64,000 nucleotides of DNA from a virus (IMGVR_UViG_3300021600_000003:19249-83248); one strand, 5' to 3'. Numbered from the stretch's first letter, positions 30,001 through 38,049 are shown. Made by a program: numbers and translations. Notes: generated by a model not told the origin, from the letters alone.

Positions 30001-31737
30001 ATCTTTATGATAATCTGTTAATGGAGTAAAGTTTGTTTCCTTATGTTTCTTAAATGCTGTCTGTGTAGATGATAAAAACTGATCAGGTGATAAGTCATTT
30101 ACTGGATAGTTAGAATAGAGAACAGTTTCATCAAATGATTTGTCATAATAAGAACGAACATTTGTCATTAAACCTCTTGCTATTACCGTTCCATTTCCAC
30201 CCTTTCTATCAGAACGAGTAATCTTATATCCTACAATATCTGGGTTATCAAAACGAGGAATATTCTTAAAACGAATACCTAATATATTAATATAAGTCTT
30301 GTTTCCTATTTTATTATAACGAGGAACTATACACTCATCAGGCATCTTATGATAACGGATTGGTGTATTTGCACTCTTTCCAAAAGTAGCTACATTATCA
30401 GGATATAAATCAGTACTCTCAAAGTATCCTAATTTTCCTGTACCTAAAACTCTTCTTCCACATGCAAAATCATTATTCTCAACTTTCATTTTTTCTGCAG
30501 TATTCTCTACTCTCCAGCGTGGAATAGCATCTTTCTTCTCACAATCACTAAATTGTTTATCTAATTCATATACGTCAGCAGAAGATACTGGAGTCAAATC
30601 ATCACTAGTAGATAGTCTTCCAGCAATAGCAAATTTTTCTGTTAATTCTCCTGTATTATAAATACCTTGAATATAGAAGTCATAATTCTCATCTCTATAG
30701 TATGATATATCCTTTCCATCATCTTCATAATAATTACTTTCTACTTGCTCTACAACATATTCAGCCTCAATAGTTAATGCTTTTAATTGATAATCTTCTT
30801 CTGGACGACTTACTAAATCTCCAAATAATAGATAGTTTGCATTAGAAGAAATAATACCAGCTTTAATCCAAGTTGGTTTCTGTATTACTAAATCAGATAG
30901 TAGAATATTAAGATATGTTGTATTAACAAAATCTGTAATAGATACACTCTTTACTTTTGTAGAATAGATACCTACTTGTTTTGCTAACTTTGTTACTCCT
31001 TTTGTAGCAGGATCTACATAATTACCTACTACAACTAAAGCAAAATAATCAAATTCTGTATCTATATTATCTAAAGTTAACTCTAGAGAGTTACTGTTTG
31101 TGACAGAATATAGTTGTTGTCTGTTTGAGATACCATACCAATCAGTAAATACTTGTCCATTAACTACATAAGCCAAAGCTACAGAATACATACCATTTGG
31201 CATATTACCATATTGACCTTTCTTAGTATTAATACAAGGATATTTTATCTTTCTAAATATTCTAATATCATCACATGTTGCTTTTGATATATTCTTTAAT
31301 TCTATTCTTCTAGGTAGATTTCTCTTATCTGTAAAATATATAATTGTACCCTTCTGAAAGTCGTTTTTACTCTCTCCAGTAATAGGATAAGCATCATTAA
31401 AATTAAGGCAATCATTATTATATAGTTTCTTATAACTACATGATTTACTGTTTCCTATACCAATTTCTGAGTGAATATTGTTAGTAGAAAATATAACAAT
31501 ATCATCATTAGATATAGATATTGTACCAATAATTTTATAAGGAGCACTAAAACATAAAGTATTACTAGGTTCATTACCAATTGAACCTAAATCACCTTCC
31601 TTACTATTTCTTACAGCATTTCTGGCATGAGTATACTGCTCTTTACCAATAAGAGAATTTGTAAGGTCTGTTACCAAACCAGCCTTAGTAGTTATATTAG
31701 TCGTCTCGTTAGATGTATTCTGTAACTTATCTGGCAT
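27025..31737 (-). CDS. large tail/virion protein, 1570 aa
   Basis: ORF track entry. TAATG stop/start coupling with both neighbouring genes. Confidence 0.8.
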   Translation of the reverse strand: MPDKLQNTSNETTNITTKAGLVTDLTNSLIGKEQYTHARNAVRNSKEGDLGSIGNEPSNTLCFSAPYKIIGTISISNDDIVIFSTNNIHSEIGIGNSKSCSYKKLYNNDCLNFNDAYPITGESKNDFQKGTIIYFTDKRNLPRRIELKNISKATCDDIRIFRKIKYPCINTKKGQYGNMPNGMYSVALAYVVNGQVFTDWYGISNRQQLYSVTNSNSLELTLDNIDTEFDYFALVVVGNYVDPATKGVTKLAKQVGIYSTKVKSVSITDFVNTTYLNILLSDLVIQKPTWIKAGIISSNANYLLFGDLVSRPEEDYQLKALTIEAEYVVEQVESNYYEDDGKDISYYRDENYDFYIQGIYNTGELTEKFAIAGRLSTSDDLTPVSSADVYELDKQFSDCEKKDAIPRWRVENTAEKMKVENNDFACGRRVLGTGKLGYFESTDLYPDNVATFGKSANTPIRYHKMPDECIVPRYNKIGNKTYINILGIRFKNIPRFDNPDIVGYKITRSDRKGGNGTVIARGLMTNVRSYYDKSFDETVLYSNYPVNDLSPDQFLSSTQTAFKKHKETNFTPLTDYHKDKFTFYSPHTSFEPKYSLGPEIKIECEEIADVSGKFDLVHNHPQGKLLTQFAFWAALTVGTIETYFEAQGLKTRINTTGTGADKGKASLNITATGTSDFVTTPGVTNINFGPNSSSPAGVTHSTQSTSQGGGSALSITGTATLDAISDLLALIASNPGNPTNWKQIKTYIKLLKDVLKIIASASATVVLTAISIIRYSDEILNTIYNFMASTDYVYQYNASAIFNQSICVSEGNKRRRLVKPALQIPSTVVSIEGEVFNNLLREPSIYLQLNKAIKDPSTKDTTRNTASGFKVCSDLNKKTKSVGSAFYVTNKEINPNQYGQLGSSSSVSIHGCLLPFDSDFSTTPILYGGDCIITRFQFQKRMQFFSQNLANTNYPSGVEYDYRKYRNIGYPRFWMDTTKFDFAELISPKTINYTKFSSSTTSKYNLDCIGNDKKNISRVDNAYMYLSNNAGLDFFVEADYNVDFREKQLNEFPYYSKKDRNLTEIFRSDRLSSPEEFNISRAFSDLYTTEIFSPMQRFNFDPADPIPTQQTNSVIYSLPAFNMQQGDNWQHFLPANYFAFRESDFGELTGIHKLDQDRVIFLFSKASPFITMGRDFLSLDQSGRKITIGDGGLFAQDPREIMPTDNNYAACNSRYAFTNSHTGRYYPSERQGRIINYTENLDDISREGISYWCKNYMPIFLYKYFPIYPQIENPISGVGYLTAFDSFNETFYLCKRDFSPKRDLIKDITWNGSAFIYKGNAISLRDERYFNDISWTLSYSPLDKGFISWHDWHPDWTIQRDDHFMTIKGNSAYKHNESYDSFCNFYGVDYPFEIEFLSNSGQQIEIPRSLEYLLEVYHYKNFGRDRFHMHHENFSHLVVSNSEQISPLLRLNYRSNEPELDIKYPIRSTTDLVTYDILFSKEENKYRINQFWDMVKDRGEFTLAENHLFPTDESGYKQVINPLAIDMDKAEEQRKKFRHYYNKFRLIRSVSGKNKFITKLYNIKKLLSIR

Positions 31738-32255
31738 TAAAAAGGTTTTGAAATAGATAAAGCTCTTGTTATAGCTTTCTCTGTAAAGTTAAAGTTGCTT
31801 ACTACAACTCCCATCTCGAGAGCTCTCTTCTCGATTCTTTTAAATATTTGGTTTTTAACTGTTTTCTTTTTGATATCTTCCCAATAACAATCCTCTAGAT
31901 GATCTGATAGTACACCCATACAAATGTCATGTAGATTACTTCTCCAATCATTTGTTTCTACTACAGCTTGAATAATATCACCTATATAGAAATCAAATTC
32001 ACAACCGATCATAATAGTCTTATTATCAAGAGTAGTTACTGTTACAGGAATAATATTCATTGTATCAGCCTTAACATTCTCTAAATGATATGTATCTATA
32101 AAAGGTATTTTTAAATGTGCACCGGGAGATAAGCTTTTAATTAATTTACCTCTTCTATATAGTACTCCTTCTTCGTATTGTAGTACGAATAAAATGAATT
32201 TGGCATCATCCCACATAGTTTGAAACCAAGATATTAAGGAACCAAAAATATCCAT
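31737..32255 (-). CDS. hypothetical protein, 172 aa
   Basis: ORF track entry. Coupled to the downstream 1570-aa gene. Confidence 0.55.
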   Translation of the reverse strand: MDIFGSLISWFQTMWDDAKFILFVLQYEEGVLYRRGKLIKSLSPGAHLKIPFIDTYHLENVKADTMNIIPVTVTTLDNKTIMIGCEFDFYIGDIIQAVVETNDWRSNLHDICMGVLSDHLEDCYWEDIKKKTVKNQIFKRIEKRALEMGVVVSNFNFTEKAITRALSISKPF

Positions 32256-32256
32256 A

Positions 32257-32529
32257 TTATTTTATTTTTTTAAAAAACCATACAATATTTGTTTCAGGAA
32301 TTCGTTTCTTATCTGCATCTAGATAGTTATCTCCAACTTTGAAACCTCTTCTCCAGTAACAGAATTCATCAAATCCAATTTCTGTGTAATCATTTCCATC
32401 TTCATCTGTTCCAACCAAGTCTGTTAAAGCAGTATCGCTATATAACATTATTACCTTAACAGTATCCTGAGAGTAACAATTAATGGTGATGATGATTGCC
32501 AGTATGAATAGTACGATACGTATTAGCAT
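32257..32529 (-). CDS. small protein with an N-terminal signal/TM segment, 90 aa
   Basis: MLIRIVLFILAIIITINCYSQ hydrophobic N-terminus. The 5' end overlaps the 311-aa ORF. Confidence 0.35.
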   Translation of the reverse strand: MLIRIVLFILAIIITINCYSQDTVKVIMLYSDTALTDLVGTDEDGNDYTEIGFDEFCYWRRGFKVGDNYLDADKKRIPETNIVWFFKKIK

Positions 32530-33415
32530 TACTATTAAAATATTTAAAGTATTCGTTATACCACTTCATTTCTTTCTTTCTCTGCATATCTACATATTCT
32601 CCATATTCCTTTGTAGCTGTTACATTAAAGGCATCTAACCAAGCTTTTACTCTCTCTGTCTGTGCCAATTTATACATATCTCCATAATGACCATCACTAT
32701 TAAAGATAGTATCCATCAATACTTTCTCCTTAACTGACCACTCATAATATGGAGTAATTAAAGGATGAAATGGAAATAATAAATGACCATCCTCATCTTG
32801 CATATTAGCTAAATACATGATATATAATTCTCCTGAACGGAATGGAGTATTAATATAATCATTTTCAATAGTTACCTGATATCTTCCTTTATGTCCTACG
32901 TTAGGACAAGATATATGACAAAATGACTGAGATGTTGGAGCAATACTTAACTCTATGAAAGACATACTGTTATGAACTGTTACATTTTCTGTTCTCTTGA
33001 TAACAACTCCATAACTATCTGCATTTCCTAATGATCCTCTATCTACTTCTGCCTCATAAATAATATCTCTATCAAAGTTATTACTAAAAGGATTACGCAT
33101 ACTCATTGTAATACTATTACTTGTAGATAAAGCTGTTACAAAGAATAACTTATCAAAGTTTAATGGCAACTTAGCTTTATAGTCATGAACTGGTATACAT
33201 AGTTGTTTTAAATCTCTAATAGATATTCCTAATCTCTCATTACAAGCCATTACAGTTTTAACACAGGTACCTTCATCTATCAAACCCTCAGCATCCATCT
33301 TCCTAAAGTCACTCTTGACGATAGCCATCAAATCCTCTATAGGACGTAATTCCAACATCTTCTTGGGAACTGGTATATGTATCTTTTCGTGATCGTGGTG
33401 GTGTGTATGTTCCAT
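32480..33415 (-). CDS. hypothetical protein with His-rich N- and C-termini, 311 aa
   Basis: Starts MEHTHHHDHEKIH and ends TGNHHHH-stop. Candidate metal-binding termini. Confidence 0.6.
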   Translation of the reverse strand: MEHTHHHDHEKIHIPVPKKMLELRPIEDLMAIVKSDFRKMDAEGLIDEGTCVKTVMACNERLGISIRDLKQLCIPVHDYKAKLPLNFDKLFFVTALSTSNSITMSMRNPFSNNFDRDIIYEAEVDRGSLGNADSYGVVIKRTENVTVHNSMSFIELSIAPTSQSFCHISCPNVGHKGRYQVTIENDYINTPFRSGELYIMYLANMQDEDGHLLFPFHPLITPYYEWSVKEKVLMDTIFNSDGHYGDMYKLAQTERVKAWLDAFNVTATKEYGEYVDMQRKKEMKWYNEYFKYFNSNANTYRTIHTGNHHHH

Positions 33416-34104
33416 TATGTTTTACGAGTTGTATTTTTATTAATCTCCTCATCTTCTGGCATTCTTTTAGATGTTCCTGCTAGTAATTCTAATGATTTGG
33501 CTATTATCTCTGCTTCTACCCATTGAGGACAAGTAAAAGGAGTATCTAAAAAACGTACGCATTCTGTATTAGCTGCCTCACAATCTAAACACTGTTGAGT
33601 ATGTAAGGAAACATCATCTGTATAATAACTTAATACTGAAGCATAGTGAGGATTATCTTCAGGAATCCATAAGTAACCATCCTCAAAGAAACAGTATTTT
33701 TGATTACTTTTACTTTTATATGGATCTTTTCTCTTATGCATCCATACGCCACTTGTGGTATAAAAATAGTCAATACTTCCATCAACAGAAGATACTGACT
33801 TTAACATAGGACCACTACCATCTTGCCATATATCAGGCAACTTTTCAGCACTTCGATAGATAGTACATTTTGCTTTAATAGGTAAACAACTATCTATTAA
33901 TGGTACTTCTATCATTCTTACAATATAGTTCTGAAATAAGAAGTTACTTCCCCAAATTCTACCTGCAGATGACTCTCTCAAAATAAGCCACTGAGTTTGT
34001 TCTAAGATAGTCTGATAAAGAAATTGAGTACTATAAGTACTATCTGAGTTCTTCTCTCTCAGCTTATTACGTAAGGAATCTATAATTTCTCTTTTTGTTG
34101 ACAT
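33415..34104 (-). CDS. hypothetical Cys-containing protein, 229 aa
   Basis: ORF track entry. CLDCEAANTECVRFLDTPFTCPQW segment. Confidence 0.55.
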   Translation of the reverse strand: MSTKREIIDSLRNKLREKNSDSTYSTQFLYQTILEQTQWLILRESSAGRIWGSNFLFQNYIVRMIEVPLIDSCLPIKAKCTIYRSAEKLPDIWQDGSGPMLKSVSSVDGSIDYFYTTSGVWMHKRKDPYKSKSNQKYCFFEDGYLWIPEDNPHYASVLSYYTDDVSLHTQQCLDCEAANTECVRFLDTPFTCPQWVEAEIIAKSLELLAGTSKRMPEDEEINKNTTRKT

Positions 34105-34703
34105 TACTTTTTAGTTTTATTTCTCCAAACACTTCTTCCTCCAATCGTTATTCTTGCTACACGTATGTTAGATGGATTATTTACAATATATTCATTAGCT
34201 GCTTTTGTTAATTCTCTTGTCTCATCAAAAGCATAGAATTGTAGTATTTTATTAAACTTAACTGCTTGTCGTCTTTCCCATTTAACACGAGCTGGTTTAC
34301 CTTTAGAGTCGAAATTATGTGGTCGGATTTCTTCTCCTTGTTTATCTGTTGCTCCATGACTTATCACATCCATCTTGTAAGGAATATATTGGATTTTTAA
34401 TTCTCCAGTATAACTACCTAATTTTACTCCTAAGGGATTATTTACTGCACTATATCTTATCTTCTCAGCTATATCTAACCACTTATTATAGAAATCTTCC
34501 CAAGTTACATTCTTATATTCAGGGAATTCCATTAGGAATTTCCTATATAATTCTTTTGTTATTACCATCTTTGAAAACTCACCCTTTCTCATACGAGGAG
34601 CTTTTCTATCATTACTATAAACTGGTTTCATCCAATAAGTTATTTTTCTGGATAATATAATACTATTCCTGAATACAATATACACATTTTTAATGTGATA
34701 CAC
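34104..34703 (-). CDS. hypothetical protein, 199 aa (the true start may be an internal Met)
   Basis: ORF track entry. Confidence 0.5.
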   Translation of the reverse strand: MYHIKNVYIVFRNSIILSRKITYWMKPVYSNDRKAPRMRKGEFSKMVITKELYRKFLMEFPEYKNVTWEDFYNKWLDIAEKIRYSAVNNPLGVKLGSYTGELKIQYIPYKMDVISHGATDKQGEEIRPHNFDSKGKPARVKWERRQAVKFNKILQFYAFDETRELTKAANEYIVNNPSNIRVARITIGGRSVWRNKTKK

Positions 34704-34775
34704 AAATTAACCTTATAAATTAAAAAACCCCTGTAAATACAGGGGTAATTATATAAGGATTCAATTTGGATGACA

Positions 34776-35618
34776 TCAGGGTTTATACCTGAATTTCTTT
34801 ATTGGACAGTATTCTTGTAGCCTATTATAGACTTTTTCAAGTAAAATTACGTCTTCTTTGCAATAATCTACCATTAAAGTCATGGATTTATTGTCATTAT
34901 ATAGAAGAATTTGTTTCCACATATCATAATCTGTCTTAACCTTTCCACCATATCCTAGGAATTTACCCATATAATCTAACCTATTAGTATTAAAACGGAA
35001 ACTTTGACGTGCCATCTTAAGGGTATCAATACTATTAAATTTAGGACTGATAGGAATATTATGATATATACATCTGGTTCTCAACCACTTAATATCAAAG
35101 TTGTCACCATTTTGTGCTATAATCTCGTCAGCAGAATCTGCTATCTTAGCAAATTGCTGAATCATTTTCTTGTCACAACCTTTATCCCACTTGAGAGAAT
35201 AAACTGTACTTTCTCCTGCCCATTTCCAGCAGATACATATGATTGCTCTTTCTTGTACAATACTATCATGACTAATACTTATCTTATTACCTACTCCCCA
35301 TGACATTACTAAATCAGGACTAACTTCTATATCAAAGAATAGTTTTGTCTTAGGACGACTCTTTTGCTCCATGATACGGTTATACATATCAAGTACATCC
35401 GATTCTTCTTTGGAGGCTATGTAAGTAGATGCTGCACGTAAAGTACTCTGTACTTCCCTTATTAGGTCAAGTTCTTTTGTTACCTCTGCATGCGTTTTTT
35501 TAATATTTGAGTGGGGATGTGTACTCCATAAAGCTCTTGCTACTAGTGTAGGTGATTTCTTAATGTAGCCTTTTTTAGAGAGAAGGAAATTCTTAATTTG
35601 TGCTCTTGTAATATTCAT
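34776..35618 (-). CDS. DEDDy-type 3'-5' exonuclease (DnaQ-like fold), 280 aa
   Basis: Exo I FFDIEV, Exo II IAQNGDNFDIKWL and Exo III YCKEDVILLEKVY motifs are present in the canonical order. Confidence 0.75.
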   Translation of the reverse strand: MNITRAQIKNFLLSKKGYIKKSPTLVARALWSTHPHSNIKKTHAEVTKELDLIREVQSTLRAASTYIASKEESDVLDMYNRIMEQKSRPKTKLFFDIEVSPDLVMSWGVGNKISISHDSIVQERAIICICWKWAGESTVYSLKWDKGCDKKMIQQFAKIADSADEIIAQNGDNFDIKWLRTRCIYHNIPISPKFNSIDTLKMARQSFRFNTNRLDYMGKFLGYGGKVKTDYDMWKQILLYNDNKSMTLMVDYCKEDVILLEKVYNRLQEYCPIKKFRYKP

Positions 35619-35679
35619 AAAGTGGAGTTTAGTAAAAGAAGGGATAGTGGGGCATCTATCCCTTCTTAAGATAAGAAAA

Positions 35680-35868
35680 TTAAAGACTTCGCAGATAACT
35701 CTGCCTAAATGGCTCTAATTTCAGTACAATACTCCTAATTGTCTTTTCAGAACAATTAAATTTTGCAGCTAAACGTTCAGCTGACCATTTGAAGTAAGAT
35801 GGATTTGTAACTAGGTGATTTTCAATACGTTGTTTCATGATGGTTTGTTTTAAATTATCAATACACAA
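35680..35868 (-). CDS. small putative HTH DNA-binding protein, 62 aa
   Basis: SAERLAAKFNCSEKTIRSIVLKL resembles a helix-turn-helix. Confidence 0.4.
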   Translation of the reverse strand: MCIDNLKQTIMKQRIENHLVTNPSYFKWSAERLAAKFNCSEKTIRSIVLKLEPFRQSYLRSL

Positions 35869-36002
35869 ATGTACAGCGAAAATCAGCGATTTCCTAATAT
35901 TTAATGTTAAGAAATTGTTAAGAGTGGGATGGAGGGTTCTCGAAACCCATGCACCTACTTTTTACAGACGTTGTGACTTGCCCTGAGTATCATCCCGAGT
36001 TG

Positions 36003-36085
36003 CGGAGAGAATGGGACTCGAACCCACAAAGCTTTTACACCCGACAGTTTAGCAAACTGCTCCTATACCATTAAGGGACCTCTCC
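36003..36085 (-). tRNA. tRNA-Ser(GCT)
   Basis: Hand-folded cloverleaf: acceptor GGAGAGG/TCTCTCC, anticodon loop TTGCTAA, long variable arm, T-loop TTCGAGT. Confidence 0.8.
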
Positions 36086-36090
36086 AAGTG

Positions 36091-36178
36091 CGGTAAGGGT
36101 GGGATTCGAACCCACGGGACTTTTACATCACACAAGTTTTCAAGACTAGGCTCTTTTGACCACTTGAGTACCCTTCCT
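36091..36178 (-). tRNA. tRNA-Ser(TGA)
   Basis: Hand-folded: anticodon loop CTTGAAA, long variable arm, T-arm GTGGG-TTCGAAT-CCCAC. One A-A mismatch in the acceptor stem. Confidence 0.65.
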
Positions 36179-36304
36179 TATTTAAAATACTGACGTTCTC
36201 CTAGAAGATAAATCTTTGCTAGAAAGAAATACTTCACTCTTCTTTTTGACTGCCTTTTTCGAATAAATTTTCGAATAGCTTGTCTTTTTGTTAATTTAAT
36301 CATG

Positions 36305-36378
36305 TGTCCAAGACGGGACTCGAACCCGTAAAATCCAGATTTTAAGTCTGACATGTATTCCAGTTCCATCACAAGGAC
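36305..36378 (-). tRNA. tRNA with anticodon TAA (Leu by anticodon) but a class I, short-variable-arm structure; possibly atypical or a pseudogene
   Basis: Anticodon arm TCAGA-CTTAAAA-TCTGG and T-arm ACGGG-TTCGAGT-CCCGT. The acceptor stem has two U-U mismatches. 74 nt. Confidence 0.5.
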
Positions 36379-36383
36379 GTTAG

Positions 36384-36470
36384 TGAGGAGTGAGAGATTC
36401 GAACTCTCATGCTACTATTATTTCGCCTCGGTTTCTAAAACCGAGTTGTCTACCGTTCCAGCAACTCCCC
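36384..36470 (-). tRNA. tRNA-Leu(TAG)
   Basis: Acceptor GGGGAGT/ACTCCTC, anticodon arm TCGGT-TTTAGAA-ACCGA, long variable arm, T-loop TTCGAAT. 87 nt. Confidence 0.75.
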
Positions 36471-36948
36471 GTCTGTTTCTTGTTTGTTGGGCATGACAAT
36501 TAGGACATAAAATCTGTAGATTCCAAAGTCCATTATTGTAATGATTACTATCTTTATGGTCCAGTTCTAATACTACTGGGTCTCCCATCCATTCTGTTAT
36601 ACCACAGATTTCACATTGCTCTTTCTTCAATCCTTCCTTTATCAACTTCTTTTTAAGAGTGTGACTGTTTATAGTACTTCCATTGTAACAATAAGAAAGT
36701 ACAGGTTTTTTATTATGAGCTATTCTTCCTTTCGTTACTGACTTACCAAGGAAATGTGAAGTATCAATTTCAAAGTATCCAACTCTTTTCTTGATGTAAC
36801 ACTGAGCTCCTGTCATAGGTTTCACTCCTATATTTCTACATACATCAGCCCAAGTTTTAGAATTCTTTACAGCTTTTTCCAAGCTTTCTTTTGTGTGTTT
36901 ATTTCTCATTGGTATACATTTGATACCAATATACAACATATATGCCAA
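36418..36948 (-). CDS. HNH homing-type endonuclease, 176 aa
   Basis: CEICGITEW...LELDHKDSNHYNNGLWNLQILCPNCH HNH/zinc-finger motif. The 3' end of the ORF reads through the 5' half of tRNA-Leu(TAG). Confidence 0.8.
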   Translation of the reverse strand: MAYMLYIGIKCIPMRNKHTKESLEKAVKNSKTWADVCRNIGVKPMTGAQCYIKKRVGYFEIDTSHFLGKSVTKGRIAHNKKPVLSYCYNGSTINSHTLKKKLIKEGLKKEQCEICGITEWMGDPVVLELDHKDSNHYNNGLWNLQILCPNCHAQQTRNRRGVAGTVDNSVLETEAK

Positions 36949-37000
36949 TTTACCAAATCTTTTTTAAGACCTGCGTGTCTACCAATTTCACCATATCGCC

Positions 37001-37034
37001 AAAATAAGAAACCCCAGCTTCTTCAGGGCTGGGG
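37001..37034 (-). terminator. intrinsic terminator between promoter P2/micro-ORF and the HNH gene
   Basis: Minus-strand RNA forms ccccagc-(9-nt loop)-gcugggg, followed by UUUCUUAUUUU. Confidence 0.55.
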
Positions 37035-37067
37035 TTTCGAGGAATAATCCTCTTTCAAGTGGTATTT

Positions 37068-37133
37068 TTACATACCATACCCAGCTCGATTACTCAAGAG
37101 TGATAAACTGGAATATGATAAATATTGCTTCAT
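37068..37133 (-). CDS. leaderless micro-ORF, 21 aa (MKQYLSYSSLSLLSNRAGYGM), between promoter P2 and an intrinsic terminator; may be a small-RNA gene instead
   Basis: ATG 8 nt after the -7 element TATATTTG. TAA stop at 37068-37070. A terminator hairpin follows at 37001-37034. Confidence 0.25.
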   Translation of the reverse strand: MKQYLSYSSLSLLSNRAGYGM

Positions 37134-37140
37134 TAGAAAA

Positions 37141-37176
37141 CAAATATACGAATAATATTTTAATCTACCAAATTTA
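37141..37176 (-). promoter_or_regulatory. Bacteroides-type promoter P2, near-identical copy of P1
   Basis: Minus-strand read TAAATTTGgtagattaaaatattattcgTATATTTG. Confidence 0.6.
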
Positions 37177-37374
37177 TTTTTCATCTGGTAAGTTTATGAT
37201 TTCAAGACCTTTCTTTCTCATAGCCTCACAAAATAGGTCAAATCCACCCTGCCAAGTTATTACCTTAATAGTTCTTTCTGGAGGATTAGTATAGAAAGCA
37301 TCTTTGACTGCCTTCTCAATCTCATCAAGAGTTATTGGTTTATTCTCCATTTGTAAGTTTTTGTTTGACATCAT
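37174..37374 (-). CDS. hypothetical small protein, 66 aa
   Basis: ORF track entry. One of three partly overlapping small minus ORFs between the tRNA blocks. Confidence 0.3.
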   Translation of the reverse strand: MMSNKNLQMENKPITLDEIEKAVKDAFYTNPPERTIKVITWQGGFDLFCEAMRKKGLEIINLPDEK

Positions 37375-37591
37375 GAATCATTGGTCCTAACTTTTCTCCA
37401 TTCTCATTTACACGTACTCCATGTACGAAATGGGTTTTACCTTGTTTATAGGCTCTTAAGTGTTTGTTATGGAAATTTCTACCATCTCTTCCTTCTTTCT
37501 CGAGAATCTCTCTATAGTTATCAGATGTTACTAACAATCCAAGAAATTCTCTGTTTGTCTTTGATTTCCCAAGTGCATTTTTCTGGGTCAT
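37340..37591 (-). CDS. hypothetical small basic protein, 83 aa
   Basis: ORF track entry. Same orientation as the surrounding genes. Confidence 0.3.
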   Translation of the reverse strand: MTQKNALGKSKTNREFLGLLVTSDNYREILEKEGRDGRNFHNKHLRAYKQGKTHFVHGVRVNENGEKLGPMIHDVKQKLTNGE

Positions 37592-37724
37592 TATACTTTA
37601 TTTTACTACGTCTATTAAAATTTCTCAAGTAACGTAAATATCTACGCTCTTGAGGTGATAAATTTGCTATCATATCACAAATATAATAACAATTTATATA
37701 GAATCCAAATTTATTTTTGTACAC
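37521..37724 (-). CDS. hypothetical small protein, 67 aa
   Basis: ORF track entry. Confidence 0.3.
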   Translation of the reverse strand: MYKNKFGFYINCYYICDMIANLSPQERRYLRYLRNFNRRSKIKYNDPEKCTWEIKDKQRISWIVSNI

Positions 37725-37744
37725 CTAGAAGGATTTGAACTTTG

Positions 37745-37820
37745 TACCCTATGAAGGACTCGAACCCTCAAAATCTCCTAATTCGTATTCAGGTGCTTTA
37801 TCCAATTTAGCTAATAGGGC
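37745..37820 (-). tRNA. tRNA-Arg(ACG)
   Basis: Acceptor GCCCTAT/ATAGGGT, D-stem GCT/AGC, anticodon arm CCTGA-ATACGAA-TTAGG. Confidence 0.75.
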
Positions 37821-37825
37821 ATGTG

Positions 37826-37898
37826 GGTGACTAAGGGGAATCGAACCCCCATTTGTAAGCTTCACAGACTTTTGCTTTACCGTTAAGCTATAGCCACC
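37826..37898 (-). tRNA. tRNA-His(GTG) with an encoded G-1
   Basis: Anticodon loop CTGTGAA, discriminator C. An extra 5' G (plus-strand c at 37898) pairs with C73. Confidence 0.75.
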
Positions 37899-37900
37899 AG

Positions 37901-37971
37901 TTTCCTTGTCAGGGGTCGAACCTAAGATAACAGAGTCAAAGTCTGTTGTGTTACCATTACACTACAAGGAA
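37901..37971 (-). tRNA. tRNA-Gln(TTG)
   Basis: Perfect acceptor TTCCTTG/CAAGGAA, D-stem GTGT/ACAC, anticodon arm ACAGA-CTTTGAC-TCTGT. Confidence 0.75.
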
Positions 37972-37976
37972 ATATG

Positions 37977-38049
37977 CACGTATGAGAGGACTCGAACCCC
38001 TGACGCTTGGTTTTGGAAACCAACGCTCTACCAACTGAGCTACACACGC
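37977..38049 (-). tRNA. tRNA-Trp(CCA)
   Basis: D-arm GCTC-AGTTGGTA-GAGC, anticodon arm TTGGT-TTCCAAA-ACCAA, T-loop TTCGAGT. Confidence 0.8.

Noticed and set aside
35926-35952. Hairpin gggtt-ctcga-aaccc between the HTH gene and the tRNA array, considered as a tRNA T-arm or a terminator
   Set aside because: The 5-nt loop is not a T-loop, and there is no U-tract on the minus (transcribed) strand. It is probably a minor structure or nothing.
36091-36178. Possible stop-codon suppressor tRNA (anticodon TGA), given that some crAss-like phages recode stop codons
   Set aside because: Anticodon 5'-TGA-3' reads UCA (Ser), not a stop codon. A long variable arm is consistent with Ser. None of the 12 tRNAs has a CTA, TTA or TCA anticodon, and all the large late ORFs are uninterrupted under the standard code.
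36178-36372. 64-aa minus ORF between the tRNA genes
   Set aside because: It overlaps the atypical TAA tRNA (36305-36378) and the end of tRNA-Ser(TGA). It is a basic low-complexity artefact.
37728-37744. Additional T-loop-like sequence ggatttgaac suggesting a 13th tRNA
   Set aside because: The T-stem pairs poorly, and the implied gene would overlap the well-folded tRNA-Arg(ACG) at 37745-37820.
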